From: a virus
Direction: 5' to 3' (one strand)
Length of the DNA stretch: 64,000 nucleotides
IMG/VR virus record: IMGVR_UViG_3300028583_001558
The notes below the pieces were generated by a model, which searched no databases, had not been told where the DNA came from, and saw only the letters and a list, made by a program, of their open reading frames with translations. A program made the position numbers and the translations under genes. Shown here piece after piece: positions 38,478 to 48,884 of this stretch. Positions within the stretch are counted from its first letter, which is position 1. The number at the start of each line of letters is the position of its first letter.

Positions 38478-39566
38478 TTAGAAGCTCTCTGGACGGTCAA
38501 CGTAGTTGCGCCATTCTGTATTAACTTCTTCGATCTCTTGAAGAAGATTCTTGGTTTCAGTCTCAGCGAGACGTAATTCTTTATCCGTAAGGTCTGGGTT
38601 CTTACCCCACAACCATCCTGTTCTGTATGTTTCCCCATTAAGACAAGAAGTTGTCATTCGTGTTACGCAAAGATGGACGTCATCCCAATTTTGCTCATTA
38701 TCGTCAAGTTCGATATACAATGCATTACGCAGTGGGTTAAGGTATTCAAAATAGTATTTGATACGCTCACCCGATAGCTCTGAGCCATGTAGATGTATTA
38801 ACGTTACATCATTCTCTATCTCTTTGTAAGACAGGGAGTAACGCGCCACTCCTTTAGCTGAGATTATCTCAAACTCAACAACGTTGATAGCATTTTGATC
38901 GATAGAACGATCAATCAACAGACGCAACGCACCCGTGTAATCCCCAGGATAGAAAGCCGCTTCATCTTGAGTGATCAATTTAGTACGACCCACATCAGAC
39001 GTTTTCTTGGCAAGTTGTTTAAGGATTTGCGTGACAAATGCCTCGTTAGACACGTCTACAGCGTCTTTAACGTTACCAATACTTTCTACCAGTTCACTTA
39101 AGCCAACTAGGTCGTACCCGCTGTGCTTGTGGTCTTCTGGTGGATAAGCCGTCTTCTTGTTTTTTATATCATCCCAGTAGACTGTCATGTCAGACACACT
39201 TAACGTGGATAATACTTCATGGATAGCTGCTGCTTCTGAGGCATAACGCTCACCTACGGTTTGGTAGCTAAGCATCAATTCGTTAACGGTTAGGTTCTCG
39301 TTTAACAACGCAACGCCCGTCACAACTTCATGACCGGTATCCATGGTGGCTTCTTGATACAAGTAAACTAACTTATAATCGTCGCCAGGTACAAGAGGGT
39401 TGCCGCCTTTAGGGGTAAGGGTAAAACCTTGCGCGTAGAAAGGGGTATGGGTGGGCACGATGATCTGTTTACTCACCGTGTCTAAGGTGACAATTTCACC
39501 TGAGATTGCGTTGGTTGATGCCACCGCTGTAGGATCAAAGGGGTACTTTTGTAATTCAGGTAACAT
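38478..39566 (-). CDS. Virion structural protein, phiKZ gp131-family-like N-terminus
   Basis: YPFDPTA..STNAISGE...IVPTHTPFY...W..I.NK...YPPEDHKH. Confidence 0.65.
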   Translation of the reverse strand: MLPELQKYPFDPTAVASTNAISGEIVTLDTVSKQIIVPTHTPFYAQGFTLTPKGGNPLVPGDDYKLVYLYQEATMDTGHEVVTGVALLNENLTVNELMLSYQTVGERYASEAAAIHEVLSTLSVSDMTVYWDDIKNKKTAYPPEDHKHSGYDLVGLSELVESIGNVKDAVDVSNEAFVTQILKQLAKKTSDVGRTKLITQDEAAFYPGDYTGALRLLIDRSIDQNAINVVEFEIISAKGVARYSLSYKEIENDVTLIHLHGSELSGERIKYYFEYLNPLRNALYIELDDNEQNWDDVHLCVTRMTTSCLNGETYRTGWLWGKNPDLTDKELRLAETETKNLLQEIEEVNTEWRNYVDRPESF

Positions 39567-39584
39567 AACCCGCTCCTTAGTGAG

Positions 39585-39618
39585 ATTGCATAAATGGGTA
39601 GGGATTTACCCTACCCAT
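39585..39618 (-). terminator. Hairpin + TTATGC variant element
   Basis: ATGGGTAGGG/CCCTACCCAT stem, then TTATGCAAT on the minus strand. Confidence 0.5.
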
Positions 39619-39639
39619 CGATGTGTTTATGATCAGTGA

Positions 39640-40224
39640 TTATACCGCACCAGCGATAACAATCCATTTTGATTCCGCCTTCATCCAACGTAACCAAACC
39701 CAACCGTAATCTGATGAAATTGTCAATGGGTCATCATCAGCCACATCTTCAATCGGCCCAGCGATATTAATAGCGTTGTTACTGGCGCGACCGTAGCGAT
39801 CTTTAATGATAATCTCTGAACCATCAAGAATCGCCCCATTAGAAGGAAGTGTACGCGTTAATACGTCATCACGTACATCTGCTAACCAGGTAGACCACGG
39901 CGTTAAATCACCATCAGGAGCCATGTCGTTTACCATGGTACGGGCAACGCGGCCTTCCTCGTAAAGGATGTTAAACGCCTGTGCGTCAATAACAGCCTGG
40001 TTAACTTCATCGCGGGCATTAGCGGAATCGTGGGCGGCTGTAATAGCAGCTTCGGTTAAACTATATATGTCTGCTTTTTGAATCTCCTGCAACGCCTTAG
40101 CATTGTAGAACATATCTTCGGACGTACGTGATCCTGCAGCAAGTTTACTGAGTCGTTCGTACTGACCATTGACCAACTCTCTAACAGTCGGTATTTCATT
40201 AGTCGTAGTATCATTATCGGCCAT
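39640..40224 (-). CDS. Tail-fibre-like structural protein
   Basis: Start MADN after GAGG; C-terminal LP..G..I.I.D..G....N.I.I...W pattern seen in fibre domains. Confidence 0.55.
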   Translation of the reverse strand: MADNDTTTNEIPTVRELVNGQYERLSKLAAGSRTSEDMFYNAKALQEIQKADIYSLTEAAITAAHDSANARDEVNQAVIDAQAFNILYEEGRVARTMVNDMAPDGDLTPWSTWLADVRDDVLTRTLPSNGAILDGSEIIIKDRYGRASNNAINIAGPIEDVADDDPLTISSDYGWVWLRWMKAESKWIVIAGAV

Positions 40225-40269
40225 TAGGGGCACCTCAAACAGAAATTAGGAGTGAATAAGATGGTCGTT

Positions 40270-41391
40270 TTAAATGTGCTTAAATAGCCCGGGATAAAAC
40301 GAGTTTAAACTTAGCTTGGTCAGGCGACTTTCTATACGATCCAAACCTAAGATTTTCTCAACAAGCGTAGCTTCACCAGTCACATCATTGGCAAAATAGA
40401 CCACGTAGCCTTGGTTGTAAATCTGTGGTACGGTCGTCCCAATAGTGATCGAACGGATAACCACATGGTGGTTGCTCCACGTATCACCTTTACCTAAATA
40501 AATAGTGGGATAGTTATCAACGTCATAGGTGAAAAATGCGTCCAGGACGTGACGGTGACCTTGGTAAGTCGCTTTAGTATCTTCCCAGCTAGCACCTGCT
40601 ACCGTTTGATAACGGCTACCAACTAAACCTGAAAGGTAATAGATAGTAGGTTCGTCTTCGCTTAATACTGCAACTTCAACAGTAACACGCAATGCATTAT
40701 TAAGCTTAGGCAGGCGAATAGCCACAGAGCCTACTTGGTTAGCGAAGCTATATCCATTAGCAGGCGCAGGTTTGTGAGACCGGTTAACTACAGCCATTTG
40801 ACTGAGTCGATCTTCCAAACCTAAGATTTGATCGATAGCATGAGTATGGTTAGCTTTATACTCACCGCTAATAGCCGCTCGAATATCCTCAAGGGCTGCA
40901 ATGACGTGATTAAGATCCGTCAAATCTTCACCATCCACTACGTGAGCAGATGGGGGGTAGAATTCTGGCAACCCGATGATATCTTCCATTGTGCGGGTGT
41001 CCGCAAAGGCCGATAGGGTTCCAATTTCTTCAAGCAGTTCACGGCCTTCTTGGCTATGAGGACCACCCATGACCTGATAGCTTTCAATGGTGAAGTTACC
41101 ATTAAGAGAACGATCTAGTATGGTTACACTTCCGTAAGCGTCACCACCTAAGTTATCTTCAGGTTTAGTGTACTGATGGGTAAAGATATAATCCTTACCT
41201 AGTTTCAAAGGGTCAGCACTATCCTCATGGGTGAGTATAAAACCTTCTTTGTAAAAGGGAGATATGTTCGGAATAATAATGTGGTAATTGTCCCCATTAT
41301 CCGCCGTTAAGACATGTTCCTCGTCTCGCCTTAGATTAGAAGCAGCCTGACCCGTCGGGTCGTAGTCGTAGAGGTAGCTTTGATCTGACAT
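40270..41391 (-). CDS. Virion structural protein, phiKZ gp131-family-like N-terminus
   Basis: YDYDPTGQAASN.RRDEEH.L...IIPNISPFY...P.FYPPSAH; paralogous to 38478-39566. Confidence 0.65.
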   Translation of the reverse strand: MSDQSYLYDYDPTGQAASNLRRDEEHVLTADNGDNYHIIIPNISPFYKEGFILTHEDSADPLKLGKDYIFTHQYTKPEDNLGGDAYGSVTILDRSLNGNFTIESYQVMGGPHSQEGRELLEEIGTLSAFADTRTMEDIIGLPEFYPPSAHVVDGEDLTDLNHVIAALEDIRAAISGEYKANHTHAIDQILGLEDRLSQMAVVNRSHKPAPANGYSFANQVGSVAIRLPKLNNALRVTVEVAVLSEDEPTIYYLSGLVGSRYQTVAGASWEDTKATYQGHRHVLDAFFTYDVDNYPTIYLGKGDTWSNHHVVIRSITIGTTVPQIYNQGYVVYFANDVTGEATLVEKILGLDRIESRLTKLSLNSFYPGLFKHI

Positions 41392-41519
41392 TCTGACTGA
41401 CTCCTTTGGTCAATATAGGTAAATATAATTAATAAAATACATGGGGTTCACATAATATTTAACCCCCGTGTAGGTAAACTATGATTAGACCATTAAGATA
41501 TCTATAAAGGAGACAGGTT

Positions 41520-42719
41520 GTGTATACCTTATCACGTGCCTTTGTACAGCAGGGTCGGCAATGGGAGTCGGTAGACGTCTCCAATCTGACCTTTGTAGAA
41601 TTGTTTCAAAGTTATAAAAATGTAATCTTCGTTTTGATCGTCGGTGGCGAAGAACGTGCAGTGCTGTTAAACGACCTAGATAAGTCGCTACGCTATAATA
41701 AAACAACAGTAAGCGATTGGTTAGTAGATAACACTAAAACCTTACCATGGCTATCCACAGTTCCAAATATAGACCATCCTAAGTCGGTGTTCTATGCTGA
41801 CGTCTTTGACCATGAGTTTACGGTCAAACGCTCTGACCATACTAAACACATCGATAGTCCTAACATAGGAAAGATGGGACCTGATGCATTAATCACCCAT
41901 GAGGGTATTGATTACGTGCAATTAGCCAAACACAGCCTCTTTACTGTTAACGGCTACGTGCATCGTGTCAGTGCTTCCAGTCAAGGTCTATATGTATTGC
42001 GTGCTGGTGAAACACTAGAGCGTACAGACAGCAACCATTTTGGTCTGATTAACTTCTCTCAACTTGGTGAGATTCAAACCCACCCCATTAAAGAAGAGCA
42101 AGTTAAAGTGGATATCCGTATCCCTGCTCATGAACAAGTGATGGTGACGTTGCCTGATGTGGACTTTAGTACTAAAACAGTTTTACTTTGCATTGGTGGT
42201 TATTTGGTTATACTAGATGACACCTATCAAGTAGTGGGTGATCACACGCTGAAGATAAGCTTTAAGCATTATCCACTTATTCGCCGTGTATTGCTATCAC
42301 GTGAAGACATTCAGTTAGATGATCTCATTAACCCCATTGGTAACATCCAGGTTAAAGACATCCAATCTAGCTCTTTTATTCGTCGCTATTTAAGTCATCC
42401 CTTTAGCTTTATCATCACCATTGATAACGATAACATTGCATTAAGGGAAGAGCGCTTACAGGAGACGGGCCTACCTGGTAAGTTTAGATCAGCAGAAATC
42501 CCCCAAGGTATCTTGATGGATAACGAAGGACTTATTGCTGAGTATAGTCTGATAGGCTCACCTGATGACTATTTAGTAAGTGCACGGGTCAAAGAAGAGA
42601 AACAACTTCTATTAGACACAGTTATGGATTTACCTATAGCTGCAACACCCATGCGGTTTCCTACGTCTAGACGTGATAGACAACCACCACGTTTAGTAAA
42701 TCTGTATACTGTACTGTAA
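41520..42719 (+). CDS. Virion structural protein (phiKZ-like)
   Basis: 399 aa; LFTVNGYVH and KTVLLCIGGYL segments; position next to sbcC. Confidence 0.55.
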   Translation: MYTLSRAFVQQGRQWESVDVSNLTFVELFQSYKNVIFVLIVGGEERAVLLNDLDKSLRYNKTTVSDWLVDNTKTLPWLSTVPNIDHPKSVFYADVFDHEFTVKRSDHTKHIDSPNIGKMGPDALITHEGIDYVQLAKHSLFTVNGYVHRVSASSQGLYVLRAGETLERTDSNHFGLINFSQLGEIQTHPIKEEQVKVDIRIPAHEQVMVTLPDVDFSTKTVLLCIGGYLVILDDTYQVVGDHTLKISFKHYPLIRRVLLSREDIQLDDLINPIGNIQVKDIQSSSFIRRYLSHPFSFIITIDNDNIALREERLQETGLPGKFRSAEIPQGILMDNEGLIAEYSLIGSPDDYLVSARVKEEKQLLLDTVMDLPIAATPMRFPTSRRDRQPPRLVNLYTVL

Positions 42720-42765
42720 ACGGCATAAGCTAACCACCCGGCCTCACGGCTAGGTGGTTAGGCTT
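42720..42765 (-). terminator. Hairpin + TTATGCCGT element
   Basis: TAACCACC/GGTGGTTA stem after the sbcC stop. Confidence 0.6.
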
Positions 42766-45264
42766 TTATACTGCAAAGCTCACATGCTCATTGTAAACAG
42801 ACGGTAAAGTTACATTTTGGTCATCTAAGACACATACCTCTGCATTTGTAAATCCTCCACTGAAGCTAGCGAAATGATTAACAAGAAATAACTGAGATGC
42901 TTGTCCTGTCTCAACCAACAACTTAATGTATCCCATTAAACGATTACGATGTACTGCATCAAACGTACGACCAGTCTCATCTAGAAGCATGGGGTACTCG
43001 TGTAAGTCCATGAAATGCATAACCGTTACCATGAAGGCAAAGTCAATCATCTCCATCTGACCCTCAGACCCCAAGCTGATATCACTAACAGGATGATCAT
43101 CATCACCCACTAGGAATGGGAACTTATAATCTAATGTTCCTGCCTGGTTAGCGCACGGCATGACTTGTAAACGGTGTCCCCATACCTTACCAATGATGGT
43201 ATTCATCTGATCTAATAGACACTTAATGAACCCTGTCATTTGGTCTGCAATGATACCCGTTGATGGTGAAAGCATATGTTGAAGATCCTGCCAACCCTGT
43301 GTTTCTTTGGTCAGCTGTTCTTGTGATTCTTTTAACTCAGCAATCATTTGCTCAAGGGTATTCTTTTGACCTAGTGTCGTGTTAAGTGTAGAAAGAGTTT
43401 GTTGACGCTCTCGCAATACATTGTCTATTACCGATTGACGCTGCGCTTCGATAAGTTGATCCCGTAAAGATTCTAAATCTACCAAAGCATCGCTTACGAT
43501 TTTCTGGTCTTCAAAGAATCGTTCAAATATCGCTTTACCCTGCTTCAGACGAGTAATCTCACGATCTACGTCAGCAATGTGACCTATAACCACACTGAGA
43601 CGTCTCTCAAGCTCCTCTATGCGCTTTTCTACCTCTAAACCATCTAAGCCCTTACTTTCATGAAACTTCTTAATAGAGGCGTCGATAAAGGCTATCTCTG
43701 AATCAATGATTTGTTCGTCACGATACATCATGACGTAGTCTTTAAAGCTCTCGTAAGTATGGAGAATTTGAAGAGGTGAAGTATCGTAATGCTTATCACG
43801 CTTAACTTGACTCCATAATGGATTTGCTCTTGGGTAGCTTTCCATGATGGCCTGTAGGCGATTAAGATCACGAACGTATTGCTGATAGGCGTTAATCTTC
43901 TCAACAATGGTTTCATTTTCTCTTTCTTTACTTTCCAAAGCATTAGTTAAGTGTTCTACCTGTATCTTAGATTCCTTTAACTCATTGTCAGAAACACCTG
44001 GACGCCATATGTAGTTACACTTAGGACACTCCATTTCCTTGGCTTGCTCCATGTGGTGTATACGGCTCTGTAAGCCATCTATCCGACGTCTTAGACTTAA
44101 ACGCTCACGGTCCATCTCTTTAACGTAGAGTACTGCTTCCTGATAAGCTGCTTTATCGTACTGCGGTTTCATCTGACTAGGCATATCAACAACCCAATCC
44201 CTTAAAGGAACAAAGACAGAATCAACTTCTTTATACAAAGCGGCGGCATCCTGCTTAGGAACCTCCCAGGGGTGATTGTAAGCGATTAAGCTTTTCTTCT
44301 TTTCTAACACTTTACGTTTTTCTAGAAGATCATCTAAACTATTAGCCCCTAATTCACTCATTTGACTTAACATGGTCTGTAGGTCATTAAGGGTTTCTGT
44401 GTAGTTATCCCTTTTAGCGGTGTGACTTGCGTGGTCAAGTTGAAGTTTAACAATGCGATTATCAAAATCCACAACTGAAGTAAACTTCTCTTTAATCCAA
44501 GTTTGTAAGTCGGTCTTTAGAACACGTTTTGCCAAACGCAATACATTGTCACGACGTTGTTGGATATCTTGTTTGACAGACTCTGGACTACGGGTAGAGG
44601 TTCGTCTATCTGTCAATAATGCTTCGATGTCTTTATGACATTCGTCTACACGCTCCTGTAAGTTAGTAGACGCTTCTAACGACACTAACCTGGCCTGTTG
44701 CTGTGCCACTTTCTCTTTAACGTGTTTAAGCGCACCCTGGTTGTCCCTAGCTGCTATTCTCACCGCGTCGTAGAGACTATATGCATAACTCATGTCAGTG
44801 GTACTTAGATTAGCTATCCACTCACGTCGTTTAGCAGGTGCCATTTTAGTAAAGCGCAATTTGCCAGTCAAGACCGCATGTAGAGACGACGTATAGCCCA
44901 GCTCACGCTCTACTAGATCTTTCTGTACCAAAGCCGTGCCACCTGGATTTAACTCTACACCGTTTCTTATAAAAGAATGTTTAGCACCACGGCTAATCTC
45001 AGAACGTAGGATAAAGTCTTCACCTTTAAATTGAATGTGAAGTTCTTTATACCCACCTTTATCAAAATCACTAGGGTTGGCAGGTAGCGGTGTTAATTCA
45101 CTTAGTAGACTTGATTTACCTGAACCGTTTGTTCCCAGCAGAAGCTGCATGGGAGTTGAAAAATCGATACAGATATAAGGTATCTCGCTCAATGCAAAAC
45201 GTCTATACTTACTCAGTATAAGTTTTTGTATCTTCACGCTACGTTTCCTTTTTTCATTATCCAT
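42766..45264 (-). CDS. sbcC: SbcC/Rad50-like ATPase (phiKZ gp165-like)
   Basis: Walker A GTNGSGKSS, coiled coils, CPKC zinc hook, LGSEGQ signature, Walker B LLDE, VNH. Confidence 0.9.
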   Translation of the reverse strand: MDNEKRKRSVKIQKLILSKYRRFALSEIPYICIDFSTPMQLLLGTNGSGKSSLLSELTPLPANPSDFDKGGYKELHIQFKGEDFILRSEISRGAKHSFIRNGVELNPGGTALVQKDLVERELGYTSSLHAVLTGKLRFTKMAPAKRREWIANLSTTDMSYAYSLYDAVRIAARDNQGALKHVKEKVAQQQARLVSLEASTNLQERVDECHKDIEALLTDRRTSTRSPESVKQDIQQRRDNVLRLAKRVLKTDLQTWIKEKFTSVVDFDNRIVKLQLDHASHTAKRDNYTETLNDLQTMLSQMSELGANSLDDLLEKRKVLEKKKSLIAYNHPWEVPKQDAAALYKEVDSVFVPLRDWVVDMPSQMKPQYDKAAYQEAVLYVKEMDRERLSLRRRIDGLQSRIHHMEQAKEMECPKCNYIWRPGVSDNELKESKIQVEHLTNALESKERENETIVEKINAYQQYVRDLNRLQAIMESYPRANPLWSQVKRDKHYDTSPLQILHTYESFKDYVMMYRDEQIIDSEIAFIDASIKKFHESKGLDGLEVEKRIEELERRLSVVIGHIADVDREITRLKQGKAIFERFFEDQKIVSDALVDLESLRDQLIEAQRQSVIDNVLRERQQTLSTLNTTLGQKNTLEQMIAELKESQEQLTKETQGWQDLQHMLSPSTGIIADQMTGFIKCLLDQMNTIIGKVWGHRLQVMPCANQAGTLDYKFPFLVGDDDHPVSDISLGSEGQMEMIDFAFMVTVMHFMDLHEYPMLLDETGRTFDAVHRNRLMGYIKLLVETGQASQLFLVNHFASFSGGFTNAEVCVLDDQNVTLPSVYNEHVSFAV

Positions 45265-45743
45265 GCGTTATAAAAACCCAGCATGGATTTAAAATCCATC
45301 GTTGCAAGTTTAGTTGCATTATCTAAGTGGAACACAACCTGCGACTTCCCGCACTGTACTTTACTTGGATGAATGGTATAAATATTAAAAATGAATCCTG
45401 CTTGGGTTAGTAATTCACCCGCTTGGCGACTAGGGAACCATGTACCGAAATCTTTTATTTCCATACCTACCCTAAGCCCATGGTACATCCTAAGACCTTC
45501 ATCACTAGGCTCAGGCATCGCAGGCATTTGATCTTTATAATAGTTAACTGCCTTAGTTAGGCTAGTGTCGTACACCGATGCAGTAAAAGGACCATACGAG
45601 TCACCGTCAATGATTTTCTCACATCGACAAATAATGACATCGTTAGATTGATCCCGCGCTATGGGCTTAAGTGCGTTTGGTTCTTTACGTAGCTTATTTG
45701 CTTGTTTGTTCTTTGCTATAAAACGTCTGTGTATCATGCCCAT
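45234..45743 (-). CDS. Hypothetical protein
   Basis: 169 aa, coupled to sbcC. Confidence 0.6.
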   Translation of the reverse strand: MGMIHRRFIAKNKQANKLRKEPNALKPIARDQSNDVIICRCEKIIDGDSYGPFTASVYDTSLTKAVNYYKDQMPAMPEPSDEGLRMYHGLRVGMEIKDFGTWFPSRQAGELLTQAGFIFNIYTIHPSKVQCGKSQVVFHLDNATKLATMDFKSMLGFYNAWIMKKGNVA

Positions 45744-45851
45744 GGTGGCGTTCTCCCTATCTCAAAAGATAGTGTTATTCTGTTTAAATTGACAGTCGGT
45801 AATTACTGTTAGTGTCTTAATGTTGTGATTGGTATCTTTAACACGAGGTAA

Positions 45852-46865
45852 ATGATGACCTTACAAACTCGATTACGCGTAATCTCTATTGGCATAGTTG
45901 CTGAGAATAAAGAACGCGATAACCCCGAAGTCTTAATAACCCCAATAGAAATACTTCCTTTTCAATTAGGAGAGGTTAAAGAAGACAAAACAACGTTCTT
46001 TAGTAAAGGGCTTGATGGTTTTGGTAAAGAATGGTCAGCACAAGTAGATGTAGATAAAACGATCAAAGCCACATGGTTAAGTCTAGAGACTAACCGTGAA
46101 ACGCCCCCTAACCTTATGCGTGGCGAGCAAGTGTTATTGTGGCAATATGCTGACACTGATAAATACTTCTACACTAGCATGGGGAGAGACGATCCACTGC
46201 GACGTTTAGAAACTGTTGTCTATCGTTGGTCGAATGAGCCAGATGTCACTAAAGACATAGAGGCGCTGACTGATGAAAACAGCTATCGCCTTACTATCTC
46301 CACGCATGATTCTAAGATTGAGTTAGTTACTAATAAAAACAACGGTGAGCCTTTTGCTTACCAATGTCTATTAGATACTAAGAACGGTAAATTTACCTTT
46401 ACCGACGATGTTGATAACTATCTATTCCTAGACAGCGCTAATACTCACATCAAAGCCCATAACAAAGACACCACGTTCTTTGAACTTAATAAGAAAGACA
46501 TCAATGGCTACGCGCCACAAGACATGACCTTTACGGTTGACCGCGATGTCTCTATTACAGTGGGCCGACACATGACCTTTGATATTGGTGGTAACTACAG
46601 TACCACGGTAGGGGGTAGTGAAACTGTAGATGTTAAAGGGTCTATCTCTATTAAATCAGGAGGTCCTCTCACTGTTAATAACCCGTCTACTAAATACACC
46701 ACACCCAATACTGAATTTACAGGTAATGTAAAAATAGGGGGTGCGCTAAATGTAAGTGGTGGTATCACTGGCGAGGGTACCATCAAAGGTAAGAGCGGTG
46801 ACTTTAAAGACTTTAAAGCCTCCAATCCTATCAATGCTAAAACCGTCTATGCTCCTGATGGCTAA
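45852..46865 (+). CDS. Baseplate central spike (gp5/VgrG-like, phiKZ gp164-like)
   Basis: N-terminal GIVAENK...TPPNLMRGEQV OB-like domain; C-terminal beta-helix-like repeats (SITVGRHMTFDIGGNYSTTVGG). Confidence 0.7.
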   Translation: MMTLQTRLRVISIGIVAENKERDNPEVLITPIEILPFQLGEVKEDKTTFFSKGLDGFGKEWSAQVDVDKTIKATWLSLETNRETPPNLMRGEQVLLWQYADTDKYFYTSMGRDDPLRRLETVVYRWSNEPDVTKDIEALTDENSYRLTISTHDSKIELVTNKNNGEPFAYQCLLDTKNGKFTFTDDVDNYLFLDSANTHIKAHNKDTTFFELNKKDINGYAPQDMTFTVDRDVSITVGRHMTFDIGGNYSTTVGGSETVDVKGSISIKSGGPLTVNNPSTKYTTPNTEFTGNVKIGGALNVSGGITGEGTIKGKSGDFKDFKASNPINAKTVYAPDG

Positions 46866-46905
46866 CGGCATAACCTACCTCTACCCGTCTAAAGGTAGAG
46901 GTAGG
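46865..46905 (-). terminator. Hairpin + TTATGCCGT element
   Basis: CCTACCTCTACC/GGTAGAGGTAGG 12-bp stem. Confidence 0.65.
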
Positions 46906-46909
46906 GTCT

Positions 46910-47536
46910 TTATGCGTCCTGCTCATTTAGCCTTGCTTGTTGTTGTACAACAATGGCTTCTAGTGCTAACATCCTTTCTTTATATGCTTGTGCTTTTTCC
47001 TCAGCAGCAATACGACGTTGTCTCTCCGTATCTCCTACCGCTCTTTTATTTACACGAACACGTTCAAGTTCCAGATGTTGATCCATGCTAACTGACCCGG
47101 TTGTCGATGCAGAGTATTCATTTACTACCGCGTCAACACCTACAGTTGCTAATACTGTTTCTTTTAACAATAACTTAACACCGTCTAACGGTTGACTACT
47201 AGGTAACGAACCTAAATCAACTGAAACAATACGACGAGTATAAGGCACTGTGTTTACATTAGGCATGCCTGTAATGTAATTAGCAGGTAACGTAATGCTG
47301 GTCCCCGTAGCGCTTGTTAGCGTGACTATCAATATATCATTGTCAACTGCATCATTATACGTGTCAATGGTTAAGCCGTTAGCAATAAATACATCTTGCA
47401 ATACATCTACACCCTGAGCCAGTAGCGTCGGGATGGTAATAAGACGAGTAACTTGATATTCCACGCCGGTTAAAGCAACAAACGGATTAGCTAGCGTGAA
47501 GAGTCCTTTATCATTAACTCTGATCAAGCTGCTCAT
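46910..47536 (-). CDS. Hypothetical protein (probably virion)
   Basis: 208 aa with a C-terminal coiled coil. Confidence 0.6.
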   Translation of the reverse strand: MSSLIRVNDKGLFTLANPFVALTGVEYQVTRLITIPTLLAQGVDVLQDVFIANGLTIDTYNDAVDNDILIVTLTSATGTSITLPANYITGMPNVNTVPYTRRIVSVDLGSLPSSQPLDGVKLLLKETVLATVGVDAVVNEYSASTTGSVSMDQHLELERVRVNKRAVGDTERQRRIAAEEKAQAYKERMLALEAIVVQQQARLNEQDA

Positions 47537-48830
47537 TATAATACTCCTTGAAACTTTGTTTCTGTACTACTAGATAGTTAACGTCATTATACGAACTGAT
47601 AAGGAAATCTACCCCATCGCGTGTAATGCGTGAGATGTCGGTATCTAGCTGTGTGAATTCATTGACTGTCTCAGCAGCGGTTAACATTCTATGAAAGAGG
47701 ATAACCCAATCCTGTGTTTCAGGCGATAGACGATTAAAGTCTGTTTCTTGTGCCGATAGGGCGGTGTAGTCTGGGAACTTTTCTTCAAATTTGAAAATCC
47801 CATCACTGTTACCTATTTCACCAACCGCTGTGAAAGCAATGGTTTTATAAGCAGCATGGCTAACGGTCAAGTTAGCATCAACGTGCTCAAGTGGATAGTT
47901 AGCTAACGCTGGTAAAGACAATCCCATTGCTTCCTGGTAGTTAACCGATGGCGAATAGGTACCTGCAAGTCCCGTTTGCTCTTCAATGGCCACACGATGC
48001 CACATAGGGACGATAATGAACTCTGTCGGCCTAAATAAGGTAGGGAATACATCGTACCATTCTACTGAATCGTAATCGCTATCTTCTAAGATAGATTTTG
48101 CAATGGCATCAGCAATGGCATCGGGGTTGTTACCTGCTATACCATATTGAACGACGTACCATGTTAACTTTTTCGTTGTTGACGAGTGTTTATCATTCCA
48201 CGTCACTTCATATGGCGTTAGTGCGGTATAAGGTGCGTCTTGGGATATCTCATTAGCCATCCCCAACATACGTGGTAGGTCTTCTGTCAACACATCCGAT
48301 ATCTCAGTATAAGGACGATGTAAATCGTTAAGCTCCTCAACTGGTTTAATCGGTATTAGTGCATATTCGTCATATTGACGAATAAACGTACGATTAGAAA
48401 ACCACAACGTAAAGGTCGTACCGTTTGCTGTCCAGTTAATATAACTGGGATAGTAGTAACCTGCATCAGAGGCTACCATGGCTCCTGATACAAACAAACC
48501 AACGGAAATAGACGGATAGTCGTTACCTATGAATTGGTTAAGTACTGCGTTGTTTGACGTAAGTTCACCATTTCTCGCCTTGGTGTCGATATAATCGATT
48601 AAGTTTAATAGGACATTGCCTACTTCATTACCTACGTCCATCTGCTCGCCGTTGTCGTCCAATGTAGACATCAACGCAATGCGCAAGTTAGGATAGGTGC
48701 TAGAACTGTATTCACGGTTATCTGGTGAATAGGAACGGGCGTGTGATGACATTTCACCAACCGGGGAGAGGGTATTCTTATCATTGTTTATCAAATCATT
48801 GATAATGACAAACCCTTTAACTGTACTCAT
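47514..48830 (-). CDS. Virion structural protein (phiKZ gp157-like)
   Basis: 438 aa; KGF..I..L.NN....SPVGEMS, IAGNNPDAI, PTLFRPTEFIIVPMW. Confidence 0.6.
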   Translation of the reverse strand: MSTVKGFVIINDLINNDKNTLSPVGEMSSHARSYSPDNREYSSSTYPNLRIALMSTLDDNGEQMDVGNEVGNVLLNLIDYIDTKARNGELTSNNAVLNQFIGNDYPSISVGLFVSGAMVASDAGYYYPSYINWTANGTTFTLWFSNRTFIRQYDEYALIPIKPVEELNDLHRPYTEISDVLTEDLPRMLGMANEISQDAPYTALTPYEVTWNDKHSSTTKKLTWYVVQYGIAGNNPDAIADAIAKSILEDSDYDSVEWYDVFPTLFRPTEFIIVPMWHRVAIEEQTGLAGTYSPSVNYQEAMGLSLPALANYPLEHVDANLTVSHAAYKTIAFTAVGEIGNSDGIFKFEEKFPDYTALSAQETDFNRLSPETQDWVILFHRMLTAAETVNEFTQLDTDISRITRDGVDFLISSYNDVNYLVVQKQSFKEYYNEQLDQS

Positions 48831-48884
48831 TATAAATCGACTCCAAATTAATCATCGTATTCAACTAAGGTAGGGAGCAACACA

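Noticed and set aside
24380-41391. Diversity-generating retroelement acting on the Mtd-N-like or fibre genes
   Set aside because: No reverse transcriptase and no ~100-nt TR/VR pair differing only at adenines was seen. The RNase H at 49908 is a stand-alone gp155-like enzyme.
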